DNA from: Nitrosopumilus sp.
GTDB lineage: Archaea > Thermoproteota > Nitrososphaeria > Nitrososphaerales > Nitrosopumilaceae
Direction of reading: 5' to 3'
DNA: 64,000 nucleotides
Assembly: GCA_965207075.1 (NCBI GenBank)
Contig: CBDBLO010000002.1
Location: 1,376,001 to 1,440,000 of the forward strand
Below are positions 30,152 through 39,677 of this stretch, in pieces. The position numbers were made by a program, and so were the translations under genes. The notes beneath the pieces were generated by a model. The model was given only the letters and a program-made list of their open reading frames with translations. It had not been told where the DNA came from and did not search any database. How positions within the stretch are numbered: the first letter of the stretch is position 1; each line of letters begins with the position of its first letter.

Positions 30152-33100
30152 ATGATACTTGATGCCCTGCGCCCGATCAAGACGAATGCAACCTCATCTA
30201 TTACAATTGCGCTGATCGCGTTTGCGCTGTGCGCCATACCTGCGTTTGTAACCGATGCAGAGGCCCAAGTGCGCACAGCATATGATCTTGAGAGCATAGA
30301 GTCGCGGGTTCAGGCAGAGGTAACACGTGTAGTGGATCTGTACTCGGAACAGGGTGAGGCGGCATTCGACACGATCACGCCTGCAGGAGTGTCAAACGTC
30401 AACAAGATAATTCCGTTTGTCGTAGATGCCAGAACCCTGGAGATCAAGGCGCACGGGGCAGTTCCAAATTTTGTCGGACAGACTGCACAAGGTCTGACCA
30501 GGGCAGACATACCCTACAGGGATATTCTCGCCGACCTGCGGGATGGCGAGGTGTGGATAGAGCACATCGGCATAAACCCGGCCAATGGCCAAAACCAGGC
30601 AAAGCGGACCCTGCTGCAACTGCACGACGGCTACATATTTGCCGCCGGCCACTACCTCGCAGACTCCGAGGTCCAACAGTTTGTAGAGGACACGGTGCGG
30701 CTATACGAGTCTCATGGAAGAGGAGCCTTTGATCGAATCACCCCCGACGCGCCAATCATAACAGACGCGCTATACCCGTTTGTGATACGCGCTAGTGACT
30801 GGACCAGGGTGGCAGACGGCGTCGTGCCCGCCCGGGTCAATCAGCCTGAGACCATACTGGACACGTCTCCAAGATCAGTCACTAACGTGCTTGCCGACCT
30901 GAGGGCCAACGGCGGCACGTGGGTGACGTATACGTTTCACAATCCGGCCACGGACATAGAGCAGCTCAAGCGCACGTGGCTCTACCTGCACGACGGCTAT
31001 GTGTTCGGATCCGGATACTATCCGCACGACTCCACGGCCCAGTCACTGGTGGATTCGGCCATAATCCTGTATACGGCACGCGGTGTGGGGGCGTTTAACC
31101 TCATAACGCCGGATGCGCCCGATCCGTTCTCGACGAGGTCCACCTTTGTGCTTGATGCCGAGACCTTGGAGATAAGGGCCCATGGCAGATCACCCGGGCT
31201 GGTGGGCACGATCGACACGCACCTTGCGTCGGCAGACATATCCTTGGATCGAATCAACGAAAGGTTGGACGCCGAGAAAGGCATCTGGATATGGCACATG
31301 GCCCGAAATCCCGCCACCCAGACAGACCAGCTTACCCACACCTACCTGTCTTTGCGCGACGGGTACATCTTTGGCGCCGGCTACTCGCTGCCCGATATCA
31401 GGCTGCAGTCCGTGGTCGACGACGCGATATTCACATACAGGAACAACCCCCAGACCGGCTTTGAGACGATAAGCTCCGGGGAGATCAACAGGATAGACGT
31501 CTTTCCGGTAGTCAGAAACGCGACACACATAGTTGCGCACGGCGCAGTGCCCGGCCTGATCGGGACGTCGCCCCAGGTGGAGGGATTAAGGAATTTCGAA
31601 GAGGCGAGAGAGGCGCTCATAAGAAGCGGGGGATCGCTGTGGTCGCAATTTTCATTTGTCAACCCGCTTACAGGTACGGAGCAGATCCAGCGCACCTTTT
31701 GGATGTTTTATGACTCCTATCTGTTCGGGGCGACATACATCGTTTCAGATGCCGACGCACAGTCGGTCACCGACTATGCGAGGTTTATTTACGAATCCAA
31801 CCGGGAGAACGACGCGTGGATCGACATCATAACGCCTGATGCGCCCATCAGGACGGACGCGCTCTACCCGTTCGTGATAAACGCGTCCACCTGGACCAGG
31901 CTGGCAGACGGCGTCGTGCCCGCCCGGGTCGGGCAGCCCGAGACCATACTGGACACGTCTGCAAGATCAGTCGAGGACGTGCTTGCCGACCTGAGGGCCA
32001 ACGGCAGGACGTGGGTGACGTATACGTTCCACAATCCAGACACGGGCGTGGAGCAGCTCAAGCGCTCGTACCTCCAGCTGCACGACGGCATAGTCTTTGG
32101 ATCCGGTTACTACCTGCTCGACTCCCACGTTCAGGGAGTAACGCAAAGTAGGATGCTAGAGTACTCGAACAACGGCAGGGACGCGGCCATCGCCTCCATC
32201 AACACGATCCCCGGCGCGCCGTTCACCACGTACGCCTTTGTGGTCGACCCACGAACCGGGGAGACGGTGGCGCAGAACGTGGATCCCGGCGCGATAGGCG
32301 CCACCACCGACTGGGACGCCATTACAGGCGTGCTGTCGGCGCAAGAGATCATCGATGCCACGGGCCAGGGAACCGGCACGTGGGTCAGCTACCCGCACAC
32401 CAACCCCGTGACCGGCGAGACGGAGACCAAGCGCTCGTGGCTTGCCATGCATGACGGCCTGATATTCGGGGCCGGATACTATACGTCGGACATACCCGAG
32501 TCAGACGTCAGGTTTGCAGTCAGCAACGCGATACGCATCTACGAGACCAACCAGGCAAACGACGCGTGGATCGACATCATAACGCCGGATGCGCCCATCA
32601 CGACTGACGCGCTATACCCGTTTGTGATACGCGCTAGCGACTGGACCAGGGTGGCAGACGGCGTCGTGCCCGCCCGGGTCGGGCAGCCTGAGACCATACT
32701 GGACACGTCTGCAAGAACACCCGGGGACGTGCTGGCAGAGCTCAGGGAGAATGGAAGCCTGTGGGTGACGTACATATTCCACAATCCCGCCACCGGGGTG
32801 GAGCAGCTCAAGCGTTCGTACCTCCAGCTGCACAAAGGATTGGTGTTCGGGTCCGGCTACTATGTGCTGGAGTCCAACGTGCAGTCGGCGTCGCACAGCC
32901 GCATACTAGAGTACGAGCGCGACGGAAGGGACGCCGCCCTTGCCTCCATCAACGCGATCCCCGAGAGCCCCATATCCACGTACGTCTTTGCCGTACATTC
33001 CTTGACGGGGTCCACGGTGGCGCAGAACGCAGATCCAAGGCTGATAGGAGTCTCCGACTGGGATGCCATCGTGGCCGTGCACCGGGCAGAGGACATCAGG

Positions 33101-34051
33101 GACGCGACAGACAAGGGAACCGGCGCGTGGGTCAGCTACCCGCACACCAACCCCGTGACCGGCGAGACGGAGACCAAGCGCTCGTGGCTCGTCATGTTCG
33201 ACGACCTGATATTCGGGGCCGGATACTATACATCGGACATACCAGCGTTAGACGTCAGGTTTGCAGTCAGCAACGCGATACGCATCTACGAGACCAACCA
33301 GGCAAACGACGCGTGGATCGACATCATAACGCCGGATGCGCCCATCACGACTGACGCGCTATACCCGTTTGTGATAGACGCGGCCACTTGGACCAGGCTG
33401 GCAGACGGCGTCGTGCCCGCCCGGGTCAACCAACCTGAGACCATACTGGACACGTCTGCAAGAACACCCGGGGACGTGCTTGCAGAGCTCAGGGAGAAGG
33501 GAAGCCTGTGGGTGACGTACATATTCCACAATCCCGCCACGGATGTCGAACAGTTCAAGCGCTCGTACCTCCAGCTGCACGACGGGCTGGTGTTCGGGTC
33601 CGGATACTACATACTGGATTCCAGCGTGCAGTCGGCGTCGCACAGCCGCATACTAGAGTACGAGCGCGACGGCAGGGACGCGGCCATCGCCTCCATCAAC
33701 ACTATCCCCGACGCGCCGTTCACCACGTACGCCTTTGTGGTCGACCCAGAAACCGGGAACACGGTGGCGCAGAACGTGGATCCTGATTGGATAGGCTACA
33801 CCACCGACTGGGGAGCCATTACCTCGGTGCACTCATCACAGGGCATTGTGGACGTGATAAGCCGGGGAACCGGCACGTGGGTCAGCTACCCGCACACCAA
33901 CCCCGTGACCGGCGAGGAGGAGACCAAGCGCGCATGGCTCGTCATGTTCGACGGCCTGATATTCGGGGCAGGATACTATACGTCGGACATCCTTGCCACG
34001 CCTCCGTCCGGTCCGGGCTTTGATGGCGCCTTCAAAACGGTGTGCAGATGA
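30152..34051 (+). CDS. Secreted protein of ten tandem single-Cache (Cache_2-like) domains
   Basis: Signal peptide (…TDAEA|Q); ten ~125-aa repeats with W-x-x-Y…NP.T…KR…GxxFGxGYY; no C-terminal TM or output domain; ends KTVCR*. Confidence 0.85.
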   Translation: MILDALRPIKTNATSSITIALIAFALCAIPAFVTDAEAQVRTAYDLESIESRVQAEVTRVVDLYSEQGEAAFDTITPAGVSNVNKIIPFVVDARTLEIKAHGAVPNFVGQTAQGLTRADIPYRDILADLRDGEVWIEHIGINPANGQNQAKRTLLQLHDGYIFAAGHYLADSEVQQFVEDTVRLYESHGRGAFDRITPDAPIITDALYPFVIRASDWTRVADGVVPARVNQPETILDTSPRSVTNVLADLRANGGTWVTYTFHNPATDIEQLKRTWLYLHDGYVFGSGYYPHDSTAQSLVDSAIILYTARGVGAFNLITPDAPDPFSTRSTFVLDAETLEIRAHGRSPGLVGTIDTHLASADISLDRINERLDAEKGIWIWHMARNPATQTDQLTHTYLSLRDGYIFGAGYSLPDIRLQSVVDDAIFTYRNNPQTGFETISSGEINRIDVFPVVRNATHIVAHGAVPGLIGTSPQVEGLRNFEEAREALIRSGGSLWSQFSFVNPLTGTEQIQRTFWMFYDSYLFGATYIVSDADAQSVTDYARFIYESNRENDAWIDIITPDAPIRTDALYPFVINASTWTRLADGVVPARVGQPETILDTSARSVEDVLADLRANGRTWVTYTFHNPDTGVEQLKRSYLQLHDGIVFGSGYYLLDSHVQGVTQSRMLEYSNNGRDAAIASINTIPGAPFTTYAFVVDPRTGETVAQNVDPGAIGATTDWDAITGVLSAQEIIDATGQGTGTWVSYPHTNPVTGETETKRSWLAMHDGLIFGAGYYTSDIPESDVRFAVSNAIRIYETNQANDAWIDIITPDAPITTDALYPFVIRASDWTRVADGVVPARVGQPETILDTSARTPGDVLAELRENGSLWVTYIFHNPATGVEQLKRSYLQLHKGLVFGSGYYVLESNVQSASHSRILEYERDGRDAALASINAIPESPISTYVFAVHSLTGSTVAQNADPRLIGVSDWDAIVAVHRAEDIRDATDKGTGAWVSYPHTNPVTGETETKRSWLVMFDDLIFGAGYYTSDIPALDVRFAVSNAIRIYETNQANDAWIDIITPDAPITTDALYPFVIDAATWTRLADGVVPARVNQPETILDTSARTPGDVLAELREKGSLWVTYIFHNPATDVEQFKRSYLQLHDGLVFGSGYYILDSSVQSASHSRILEYERDGRDAAIASINTIPDAPFTTYAFVVDPETGNTVAQNVDPDWIGYTTDWGAITSVHSSQGIVDVISRGTGTWVSYPHTNPVTGEEETKRAWLVMFDGLIFGAGYYTSDILATPPSGPGFDGAFKTVCR

Positions 34052-34179
34052 TAAGCAGGCCGCACGCATACTGCCCGCCGCAGCAACAGCAGATGATCTA
34101 TTGAGCGCCCAAAGCCTGCCGGCAACATACTACGCAGGACGCAAGGGTTAAATCACAAATGTCCAGACGCTACCCAAGG

Positions 34180-34256
34180 GCCGCCCTAGCTCAGCGTGGT
34201 AGAGCATCCGACTGTTAATCGGACGGTCGTCAGTTCAAGTCTGATGGGCGGCGCCA
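34180..34256 (+). tRNA. tRNA-Asn(GTT), encoded CCA
   Basis: GCCGCCC/GGGCGGC acceptor, TAGCTCAG..TGGTAGAGC D-arm, TCCGA-CTGTTAA-TCGGA anticodon arm, GTTCAAGTC T-loop. Confidence 0.97.
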
Positions 34257-34417
34257 TCACACCTTCTTCTTCATCCCGCCACCGTCATTGCCGCCCGCAT
34301 TGCCGTCGCATCACTATCATAACCCGCCCGCACACCACACAGGTTCTTGCGCGCCGGCCCCGTACCGCAGACGGTAAATACCGGTCCGGCCATCCAGTGT
34401 CATGGGGCTGTACGCGG

Positions 34418-34669
34418 TTGCCTAGGACAAGGAGGGCCAACAGATACTGCGTGGACTGCGGGGCGAGGCTCGTGTATTATCCGCGCCTCTCAAACCCAAA
34501 GGCGCCAAACGAGCACAGGGTGCTGGTGTATGCGTGCCCCGACTGCACGGCCGACTTTGAGAAGCCAAAGCTGCTCTCAATACGCCGCAACCAGGTGGAC
34601 GAGCCGCTTGAGGCAGTAGAGGTAGAGATTACGCAAGAGCGCAAAAAGGCCGGCAAAGGCCATACGTGA
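34418..34669 (+). CDS. Small zinc-ribbon protein
   Basis: TTG start; YCVDCG…YACPDC. Confidence 0.7.
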   Translation: MPRTRRANRYCVDCGARLVYYPRLSNPKAPNEHRVLVYACPDCTADFEKPKLLSIRRNQVDEPLEAVEVEITQERKKAGKGHT

Positions 34670-34774
34670 CCGGCAGCGGCCGTCCTGTCCCAAGCGCGCC
34701 CGCAGCATAGACCAACGGGGGCGGCTTGGCGGCAGTGGCACGGAGGCGGACGCAAGGGTGGCGGCGCATCTTCG

Positions 34775-37429
34775 TCACGCCTCTATTATTATGGCCGCCC
34801 TTGCATCCTCGGCCAGCTCGCCCCGTACGGCGCTCAGCACGTGGGACGGCGATGTCAGCCCCGAATAGTCCAGCATCCTGACGTCGTCTATCAGATGGAC
34901 GGGCGGGGCTATCCCGGAGTGTCTGGACTTCATGTACTCGTCAAGCTTCTCGGTTACGGCATGCTTGCCACCATGAAAGATCACGTCGCATGCAACGTCC
35001 AACTTCGACCTGCCAAACCTGTCAAGCACCAAGACTCGCCGCCTGTCATTCTTGCCAAACAGGCGCCGCCGCGTCGCGGGTCCGACCATCGCCATGAAGT
35101 GATCCGATTCAAACTCCAGATTTACCAGGCCGGCGTCCACCTGCATTATCTCAGACGCCCTTTTGAGCGCCTCATCAGGGCCGAATGCGGCAAGCATCCC
35201 GGCATCGGACGGCGCAGCCGCTGCAGCCGGCGACTCCGCTGCGCCTCTGCCGTGACCTGATCCCGCCTCGCCTGATGTCGTCCCATGCAGGCCGGCAGAG
35301 GCCTCCTCCATTGCAACGCTGCCGGTTGCCGTAATGCGCAGTATTCCTTTGTCTGATATGTGCCTGCTGTCTATCCTGACTGACTCTGGGACGGCTCCCT
35401 TCTTGATCAGGCCGGTGCGCGCATCCTTGTGGGCCGCCGATATCATCTCCGGCGTCGGATCAGTCATTGCAATCTCAAGCTCCTCCTGCAGCATCGATGA
35501 CGCAACGCCTATTGACGATATGACTTCCGCATGCGGGGCCTTCTCGTATGTCATGCCCATGTTTTTTGCCACCTCCGGGACAAGCACGGACGCCCCTCCG
35601 CCGCCTCCTATCACCTTTGTCGTCCTGGCCTCCATCTTGTACTCTTTTAGGACCCGGCTCACCGTCTTTGTAATCTCCTGGGCGGACGTCAGGATTACCG
35701 ACATCGCGGCCTCCGAATATGAGACTCCCATAGCATCGCCAAGCTTGCGCAGGGCGGCTTTTGCGGCGGCCTCGCTGCCACCACCACCACCGCCGCCGCA
35801 CTCAGAGTAATCGCCGCTCGGTATGCGTCCGAGCGCATTTGCGGCGCACGTGTTTGTTATTGCGTAGGTAGTGCCGTCGCCACACCTTATTGCAGCATAT
35901 TCGGGTTCGTCGTTTGGCCTGGGGCTTATCATGACAAGCTGCCCCGATTCTACATCCGATGCGTTCTCGGCATAGCATGCGTACCGCAGCCCCGCAATGT
36001 GGGCGCTTCTCGGCCCGACGCGGTGCACGCGCTTCTTGCGCACCACAACCATGCTGCCCCCTGCCACCCCCACTATCCGAACATCCATGGAGCGTATGCA
36101 CGTGGGATGATCTCGTATCGTAACGTAGCGTATCTCGGGCCTGCCGTCTTTTATTATGCAGATGTTAGTCGAGGTGCCCCCCACCTCGATGAATATTCCG
36201 TTTGTGACGCGCAGGTGCAAGAGCGCGCCTGCCACGCTGGCGGCGGGGCCGGACAGCACCGTAAGGATGGGCCTCGAGCGGAACGTCGACATGCTGGTGA
36301 CCCCCCCGTCGCCGCGCATTATCAGCAGCGGGGAGGTGACGCCGGCCTCTGACATGGCCCCCTCGACAAAGTCTGCGACCTGGAGGGTCTTTGGCATTAT
36401 GCTTGCGTTTACGGCCGCAGTCAGCGTGCGAATCTCAAGCCCGTACGTGCCCGATATCTCATGCGACGCGGTGCAGGGCAGTCCCGCGGCTGCCGCCTGC
36501 TCTGCGACAAACTCCTCGTTTGCGGGATCGTCTACCCCGAACATCTCAGTGGCGACTATGCACTTGGCGCCCGAGTCGCGCATGCGTGCTATCACGCCTG
36601 AGACCTCTTGCTCTGTTATCAGGTGTGACGTGTCCAAGAATTCGTGGTACGTGTGCAGGTTCTTGCTTGAACTGCCCTTGTGGCCTTGAAGGATCGAGCT
36701 GCGTTCATCAAGCCGGGTCCTCTTGATGACGTCTTTTTTTGTCGGGCCGACGCCCATTGCCACGATCCCGACAGGATACGTGTCGCCCTCAAGCAGTGCG
36801 TTTATGGCCTGCGTGGTGCTGTGCGCGACCAGATCTATGTCGTCGAGCGCCGTGCCCGAATCGTGTACCACGCGCGTAAACGCATCAAGTATTCCATCCG
36901 ACACGCCACGTCTGGCATCGTGCGTGGTCGGCACCGTAGATACCGAGACGATGTCCCCGGTGGCGGAGTCTATTGCGACTGCCTTTGTAAACGTGCCCCC
37001 CACATCTATGCCAATACGGACGCGTCGGCGGTAGGCGACACTGCCGATCTCCTCGCCGTTACTGTCAGCCGAGTTTTTGCCGTCGTCGCGCATGCGGGCG
37101 TTGCCGCGGCCGTTGCTTCTGCCGACGCTGCTACCCGTGCCATCACCATCTCTGCCATTATCATAATTCTCGCCATTGCGGTCAAGATTGTAGCGGTATG
37201 TCTCCAAGGCAGGGATCGGGCAGGCATCATCATCATCGCCACCACCATCAAGAAGAAGAATACGGCGCGCACTTGCCGCGCGATGATTCGCGCATTCGGA
37301 ATTTGGACGGTACTCAAACTCGCGTATGTGGTGAGTCCGAGATGGGCCGCCTGACATGTACGGAGATGCAAGACCAGATGACGGTGATGGCACACCGCGT
37401 TGCGGCCAGTGTTCATTATAAATATTCAA
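34775..37429 (-). CDS. Hydantoinase/oxoprolinase-family ATPase (true start probably further downstream, near 37093)
   Basis: IGIDVGGTFTK, HSTT..NALLE, RTLTAAVNA, LSGPAAS, EVGGTSTN, GPRSA; the first ~110 aa are low complexity. Confidence 0.85.
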   Translation of the reverse strand: MNIYNEHWPQRGVPSPSSGLASPYMSGGPSRTHHIREFEYRPNSECANHRAASARRILLLDGGGDDDDACPIPALETYRYNLDRNGENYDNGRDGDGTGSSVGRSNGRGNARMRDDGKNSADSNGEEIGSVAYRRRVRIGIDVGGTFTKAVAIDSATGDIVSVSTVPTTHDARRGVSDGILDAFTRVVHDSGTALDDIDLVAHSTTQAINALLEGDTYPVGIVAMGVGPTKKDVIKRTRLDERSSILQGHKGSSSKNLHTYHEFLDTSHLITEQEVSGVIARMRDSGAKCIVATEMFGVDDPANEEFVAEQAAAAGLPCTASHEISGTYGLEIRTLTAAVNASIMPKTLQVADFVEGAMSEAGVTSPLLIMRGDGGVTSMSTFRSRPILTVLSGPAASVAGALLHLRVTNGIFIEVGGTSTNICIIKDGRPEIRYVTIRDHPTCIRSMDVRIVGVAGGSMVVVRKKRVHRVGPRSAHIAGLRYACYAENASDVESGQLVMISPRPNDEPEYAAIRCGDGTTYAITNTCAANALGRIPSGDYSECGGGGGGGSEAAAKAALRKLGDAMGVSYSEAAMSVILTSAQEITKTVSRVLKEYKMEARTTKVIGGGGGASVLVPEVAKNMGMTYEKAPHAEVISSIGVASSMLQEELEIAMTDPTPEMISAAHKDARTGLIKKGAVPESVRIDSRHISDKGILRITATGSVAMEEASAGLHGTTSGEAGSGHGRGAAESPAAAAAPSDAGMLAAFGPDEALKRASEIMQVDAGLVNLEFESDHFMAMVGPATRRRLFGKNDRRRVLVLDRFGRSKLDVACDVIFHGGKHAVTEKLDEYMKSRHSGIAPPVHLIDDVRMLDYSGLTSPSHVLSAVRGELAEDARAAIIIEA

Positions 37430-37637
37430 AAAACAACCACGAATGCCAGGACTATGCGCAAATGCATCACATGTCGCTCATCATCATCATCATCTTTCAT
37501 CATCGTCATTATTGTTACCACCACCACCACCATAACAGGGCCATTGGCATCGGCAATGAAGAGCCAATTCTAGAAATCTAGATCAAACCCATGAAGCATG
37601 CGGACTGTTTATAACAAAACACCCCGTGTCGGATTTA

Positions 37638-39422
37638 ATGATTAGAAGGACAGTAATAATGACATCCATAATGACCATGGCCGTGGCGCTTTCCGTCACG
37701 ACATCACACATTGCATACGGAGAAGATATCGGCGTGCCAGAAAAACTCGAATTCGGGGCCGCGCTCGAGGAGACGTTGGGGCACTTTAGGGCGCTCGAGC
37801 TGAACCTGGACGCGGGCAACGGGGATCTTGCCAGGACGCACGCGACGCACCCGGTGGCCGAGCTGTACGACTCTATGAAGCCCACGCTGGCCGCGGCCGA
37901 TCCCGCGCTCGACAGAAAGCTCGGGACCATGCTTGACGAGCTGAGGGACAAGGCGAGCACAGAGGTAAGCCGGAGCGAGGCGCAGTCCGCAATCGACGAC
38001 GCAAAGGAGGCAGTTGAGGAGGCCCGCATGGCCGTCATCGGCGCGGATCTCAGCTCCGACCCTGCATTCAAGCTAAATCTCATGAAGACCCTGCTTGAGA
38101 CGTCCGCTGCCGAGTACGGCGAGGCCGTCTCAGACGGAAGGATAACCGAGATGGCAGAGTTCCAAGATGGCTCCGCATTCGTGTGGCGCTCGCAGCAGGT
38201 GCTGCAGACCATGGAGTCCGAGCTGGGCTCCGAGACATACGGGTACCTAGAACTGTCGTACGGAAGCCTCTGGGACGCGTACGATGCAAGACTTGATCCC
38301 TCCGAGGTGTCCGGACTTACAGACTCGGTACTCGGACAGGTCGAGGTTGCGGTTAACGAGCAGCTTGCAGAAAGACTCGAATTCGGGGCCGCGCTCGAGG
38401 AGACGTTGGGGCACTTTAGGGCGCTCGAGCTGAACCTGGACGCGGGCAACGGGGATCTTGCCAGGACGCACGCGACGCACCCGGTGGCCGAGCTGTACGA
38501 CTCTATGAAGCCCACGCTGGCCGCGGCCGATCCCGCGCTCGACAGAAAGCTCGGGACCATACTTGACGAGCTGAGGGACAAGGCGAGCACAGAGGTAAGC
38601 CGGAGCGAGGCGCAGTCCGCAATCGACGACGCAAAGGAGGCAGTTGAGGAGGCCCGCATGGCCGTCATCGGCGCGGATCTCAGCACCTACTACGGGTTCA
38701 AGCTGATGCTTATGACAACCCTGCTTGAGACGTCCATAGCCGAATACGGCGAGGCCGTCTCAGACGGAAGGATAACCGAGATGGCAGAGTTCCAAGATGG
38801 CTCCGCATTCGTGTGGCAAGCCGAGCAGATTCTGCGCACTATGGAGGGCGACCTTGACGGAGACGACTACGAGGAGCTTGTCGGGGTATTCGACGAGATA
38901 AACGAGGCGTACGACGACAGGCTTGACCCGTCGGAGATCGACGAGCGCACCAGCTACCTGCTTGCTGAGATAAACGGAATTCTCGGCGTAACAGGCGGTG
39001 ATGAGGACACGCTTCTGACATATGTCGACAACATCAACATGCTCCTTGAAGAGGCACGTGAAGAATACAATGCAGGTAACTCTGATCTGGCCTTGAGCCA
39101 CGTCACAAAGGCGTACCTGAACAACTACGAATTCCTAGAGATGCCACTTATGGAAGCAGGCGAGAGGGAGCTTATGGAAAGAGTCGAGGTGATGATGCGG
39201 GAAGAGCTGCGCAACATGATAAAGCAGGGTGCTCCCGCATCAGAGGTCAGCGATCAGATAGATGCTATACTGGTAGAGATGGAGGCGGTGGCAGTCATCG
39301 TCCCAGAGTTTGGGGTCATGGCATCGGTCGTACTTGCAGCAGCGGTTGCACTAGTACTGGGTCTTTCCACGCGCAGCCACCGCATTGCAGGCGTTTCGAT
39401 ACTGCCGACGCGAACAGTATAG
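37638..39422 (+). CDS. PEFG-CTERM secreted metal-binding helical-bundle protein with internal 210-aa duplication
   Basis: Signal peptide; duplicated GH…HATHPVAE…AEFQDG units; AYLNNYEFLE; C-terminal VPEFG + TM + basic residues. Confidence 0.85.
   Translation: MIRRTVIMTSIMTMAVALSVTTSHIAYGEDIGVPEKLEFGAALEETLGHFRALELNLDAGNGDLARTHATHPVAELYDSMKPTLAAADPALDRKLGTMLDELRDKASTEVSRSEAQSAIDDAKEAVEEARMAVIGADLSSDPAFKLNLMKTLLETSAAEYGEAVSDGRITEMAEFQDGSAFVWRSQQVLQTMESELGSETYGYLELSYGSLWDAYDARLDPSEVSGLTDSVLGQVEVAVNEQLAERLEFGAALEETLGHFRALELNLDAGNGDLARTHATHPVAELYDSMKPTLAAADPALDRKLGTILDELRDKASTEVSRSEAQSAIDDAKEAVEEARMAVIGADLSTYYGFKLMLMTTLLETSIAEYGEAVSDGRITEMAEFQDGSAFVWQAEQILRTMEGDLDGDDYEELVGVFDEINEAYDDRLDPSEIDERTSYLLAEINGILGVTGGDEDTLLTYVDNINMLLEEAREEYNAGNSDLALSHVTKAYLNNYEFLEMPLMEAGERELMERVEVMMREELRNMIKQGAPASEVSDQIDAILVEMEAVAVIVPEFGVMASVVLAAAVALVLGLSTRSHRIAGVSILPTRTV
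37745..38684 (+). repeat. Intragenic 310-bp near-identical direct repeat (37745-38054 / 38375-38684)
   Basis: Offset 630 nt; only one substitution seen (ATG/ATA). Confidence 0.9.
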
Positions 39423-39677
39423 AACGTCCAAACACTCTTTATTTTTTTATTTTTGATCACGCGCGCCGCCAAGCGTATTGGCGATCCTGCACGTTACGGC
39501 TGCGCTTATACGCACTATGAACGAACGACTACGCGTGCTGCCCACCACCACTCATGCTCGATCATACCATCAATTCTGATACGGTGATGCGGCTATCACA
39601 TGATCATACGATACCTCAGCTTCTAGAATCTTGTAATGAAATTCGGGTTTAAATTGATCTGACGGGAACAGCGTATA

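Noticed and set aside
30152-34051. Possible diversity-generating retroelement template/variable repeats
   Set aside because: No reverse transcriptase in the window, and repeat differences are not visibly adenine-specific.
34180-34256. tRNA-Asn as the integration site of an island
   Set aside because: No integrase and no duplicated tRNA end found in the window.
34196-34417. N-terminal part of the 157-aa ORF
   Set aside because: Overlaps tRNA-Asn; the real gene probably starts at TTG 34418.
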